Below, piece by piece: positions 61,004 to 64,000 of a DNA stretch of 64,000 bases. The DNA lies in assembly GCF_030684315.1 (NCBI RefSeq), contig NC_081371.1:28267440-28331439 (forward strand), written 5' to 3'. The translations under genes and the position numbers were made by a program. This DNA is from Stegostoma tigrinum (Eukaryota). A model generated the notes under the pieces. The model searched no databases, was not told where the DNA came from, and saw only the letters and a list, made by a program, of their open reading frames with translations. Numbering within the stretch: the first letter of the stretch is position 1; each line of letters begins with the position of its first letter.

Positions 61004-64000
61004 CATAACCAAAACGTAGCCCCTGGTGAGTACTCATAACACCACTCATAAAATAGTACACCAGAATCCCTCAGTAGTTTTAAGTCATTTGTCACTTCAA
61101 CATTTAGACTGGAGTATCAGACACCTGCTTAAACATATTCAATTTTAAGTAACCTCTTCAGGGTTTTCTCCCAACACTTCTGATCTGGGACTAACACTCT
61201 TCAATCTAATGTAACCAAATTCACTATATATTGTTCCCTTCTCGGAAGCACGTGTCTTTATAACCACCATATCATAAATACTTCACAGGACTGCCCCAAT
61301 CAATTTAAAAGCTGAAACCCACAAGTCTCCTTCTCTAAGCTATGGGTGCCTCCTACCCACACCCCCGCAAGCTTTACAGAAGTTCCAGATGTCTCCAATT
61401 AATTTTTCTATGTATGTAATGGCTTTGAAGAGGGAGTTAGAATTTCAACTGGTAGAGTTAAATGTTGATAGTGACTAGAATTATTTATTTGCAATAAACA
61501 ATAGTTATGTTGATTACGGGAACCTTGTCAGTATTTTCTGTAAACATGGTTCCATCAGACTGATAAATTGAAGACTCAGCACTTTGAATAAACCATTAAT
61601 TATTTTCTAGGTCGATCGTAATAATGGTCAGTGGTAATAGAGTTTAGTGCTCTGTTAACCCTCTGACATGGCAAGCTGCAAAGAAAATAATCATTTTTTA
61701 AAATCTCTTACAGTGGGGTCATTCCAGCTAATCCAGGTGATAGCTTTCATCACCCTCTCAAGGCAATTTGGAATGAATAATGAATGTCCAATTTTAGGCA
61801 GCAATGAGAATTTGGGAAGGAAACTTTTCAAAAGCTATGGTTTGTCTACAGTTGAATAATAAATAAATATCAGTAGTACAAGCCATAGATCAAACAACAA
61901 TTTCCTTTGTTCTGTGGTTATGTTGTACATTAAGAAGTGCATTTTGCATTTAAATCATTGGCATTAGTCCACTGTTTCACCAACTCCAGTAGCACTGATT
62001 GTATAAATGACCATTATGAACTGAGTCTAGTCCTGCTGACTTATACCTCACTTAGGGGAAAACACCTATATAATATAAATACTCAGTTACCTGACCAGAT
62101 GGTAGATTGAAAATTTCTTCATTAGCATAGTCTGGGAAAAGATACATAGAAGACCTAATCTTTTAGACATTAGAATAACCAAATGAACATCATATAAAGT
62201 TTGCATTCACTGATTAAAACAAAAATGATAAAAGGCATGTTTAACAAATCAGGTCATTAGTCATTCTTTACAGGATGACAAGCAGAGAGGGCTGTCTCAG
62301 CAACAGAAAAGGCTGTTATTATTCCTCTCATTATAAATGTCTATATAATTTACATACCCAAACATTGGACTAGAGCAAATATTAGCCCAACCAAATTGAC
62401 ACAAATTATACATCCACAAGCTGCACACCTTCTCTGACAAATCGATCTCCACGCATGACACAAAATGGGAGTTGGGATTCCACAGGCTATGGCTGTAAGG
62501 CTGATCTAAATAAGTAATTGCAAATTCTGATATTGCATATTTTCTATGAGACTCCTTTTTATTGCTTGAATTTGTCATCTAAACTCCTGCAAAACAATTT
62601 TCCATGGAAGCTGTGGGATACTTGTTTGCTTTAGATGAGCAAGGCAAAATCACTTCAATAACAAAAAAGGAAATGGATAATGCCTCTGCTGATAGCAAAA
62701 AAGGGACAAATCAGATCTCACGATTTTCTGCCCGGTTTATAGCTAACACAGTAAAATCTTCTTGGCATCTGTCTCAACAAAACTTCTGCACAGCTAAGTA
62801 ACACAGATGAACTGGATAAGAGAAATCTAAATATGGGATAAATCAATAATCCTCAAGCAAAATTCAAACAAGTTAGATTTACAAAAGACAACAGAGATGA
62901 CAAAAAAAAAGATCGGACTCCCAAAAATTCTGGGCAAGCTATTCACCCAGTTACATTTCATGGTGTAGTGAGATGTGATACTTTTTCCAATTTCTTGATT
63001 CCTGCTCCACTGCGATCTAGTGGACAGTCTACAAATTTGCATTTCTGAACCAAACAGGTTTCATGATTATCCGAGGGGAATCTACCTAATTTCATTTTCA
63101 GTATAAAAGCAGATGTTGGGAGTTATTGATCCTTAGCTAATATTATGATATTTGTGATTTGAACACAGTGTTGACAATGTCAACAGTACAATCCCTTAGC
63201 GCATTGTAGCTGGGCAATACACTGTGTTTATTTGAAGGTAGAAACTCACTCAAAGACTGCAAAAGAAGACTATTTCAAAATAAGAACAAAAAATACAGAA
63301 TATATATCAATATTCACTGAAGAAACAGCTACTAAAAAATTCATTCTGCACACAAAATCAGCACACAGTAGAAAATATGGGAATCATTTTGTGATACAAA
63401 CAGCAACAGTCAGGGTGTGAGAGCTCAGTTAATCGTTTCCTTCTGCAAGTTTTAGACTTTGTTTTTAGCATGCAACAGAAGTTCAGAAAAATTAAATCCA
63501 GAAATCCAATGTCAAAATAGAATGAGCTGTTCAATGATTAGAGTCTCCGTCTACTGCTCAACAATTGTTTTGTTTAGTGTAATTCGTACCTGAATTGTGA
63601 TTCATTTTAACATCCAATTTGTATATCAGCTATAGCTGAACAAAAAGGTTTGCATATAAAATATTTTCATAATACATTTTCTTCATGAACCCAAGGCAGT
63701 TTTATTCCAAGTGATGTTTAGTCCCTTGAAATCATCTCTAGGTCTTCCGTTCTGTAATGCTACTTTTTTCTGCTGTGGTGGATTGGGCATGTATATCTCT
63801 TCTTTGTCGAATAGTAATCTATGGGAAAAAAAGACAGATTGAGCAGAAAAAAAACTGCAATTACTTACAACATACACAAATTGTTCACAAGGTCTTTTAC
63901 TGTGGTGAAGCAATTATTATGCCAACTTTAAACATCTTATTGAACAAAGTAAAATGCACCATCCTGTGTGGATGGCAAGTCCCAAAGCAGCTGTGCAGCC

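Noticed and set aside
50414-64000. Search for CDKN1B or other host exons
   Set aside because: No CDK-inhibitor motif or other recognisable protein among the ORFs; short ORFs look random or repeat-derived

Overview
Repeat-rich vertebrate DNA, most likely a shark or other elasmobranch (inferred from HE1-type and Deu-domain SINEs, dense CR1 LINEs and Penelope-like elements). Two host genes are recognisable in convergent orientation. CREBL2 is on the + strand (coding exons 7084-7098, 9486-9683, 10110-10254; last exon uncertain). GPR19 is on the - strand (single coding exon 19125-20369, candidate 5' exons and promoter out to about 27.4 kb). The rest is mostly transposon debris. The most notable structure is 45632-50413: two oppositely oriented, differently deleted Tx1-clade LINE copies whose poly(A) tails both join the same position in the 3' half of a Penelope hammerhead-ribozyme motif, with the whole 4.75-kb unit inside one perfect 13-bp target-site duplication. 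This suggests either a Tx1 family that targets Penelope ribozymes or a Tx1-Penelope chimera moved by Penelope machinery. Repeat boundaries were read by eye and are approximate; family names come from recalled motifs, not database searches.
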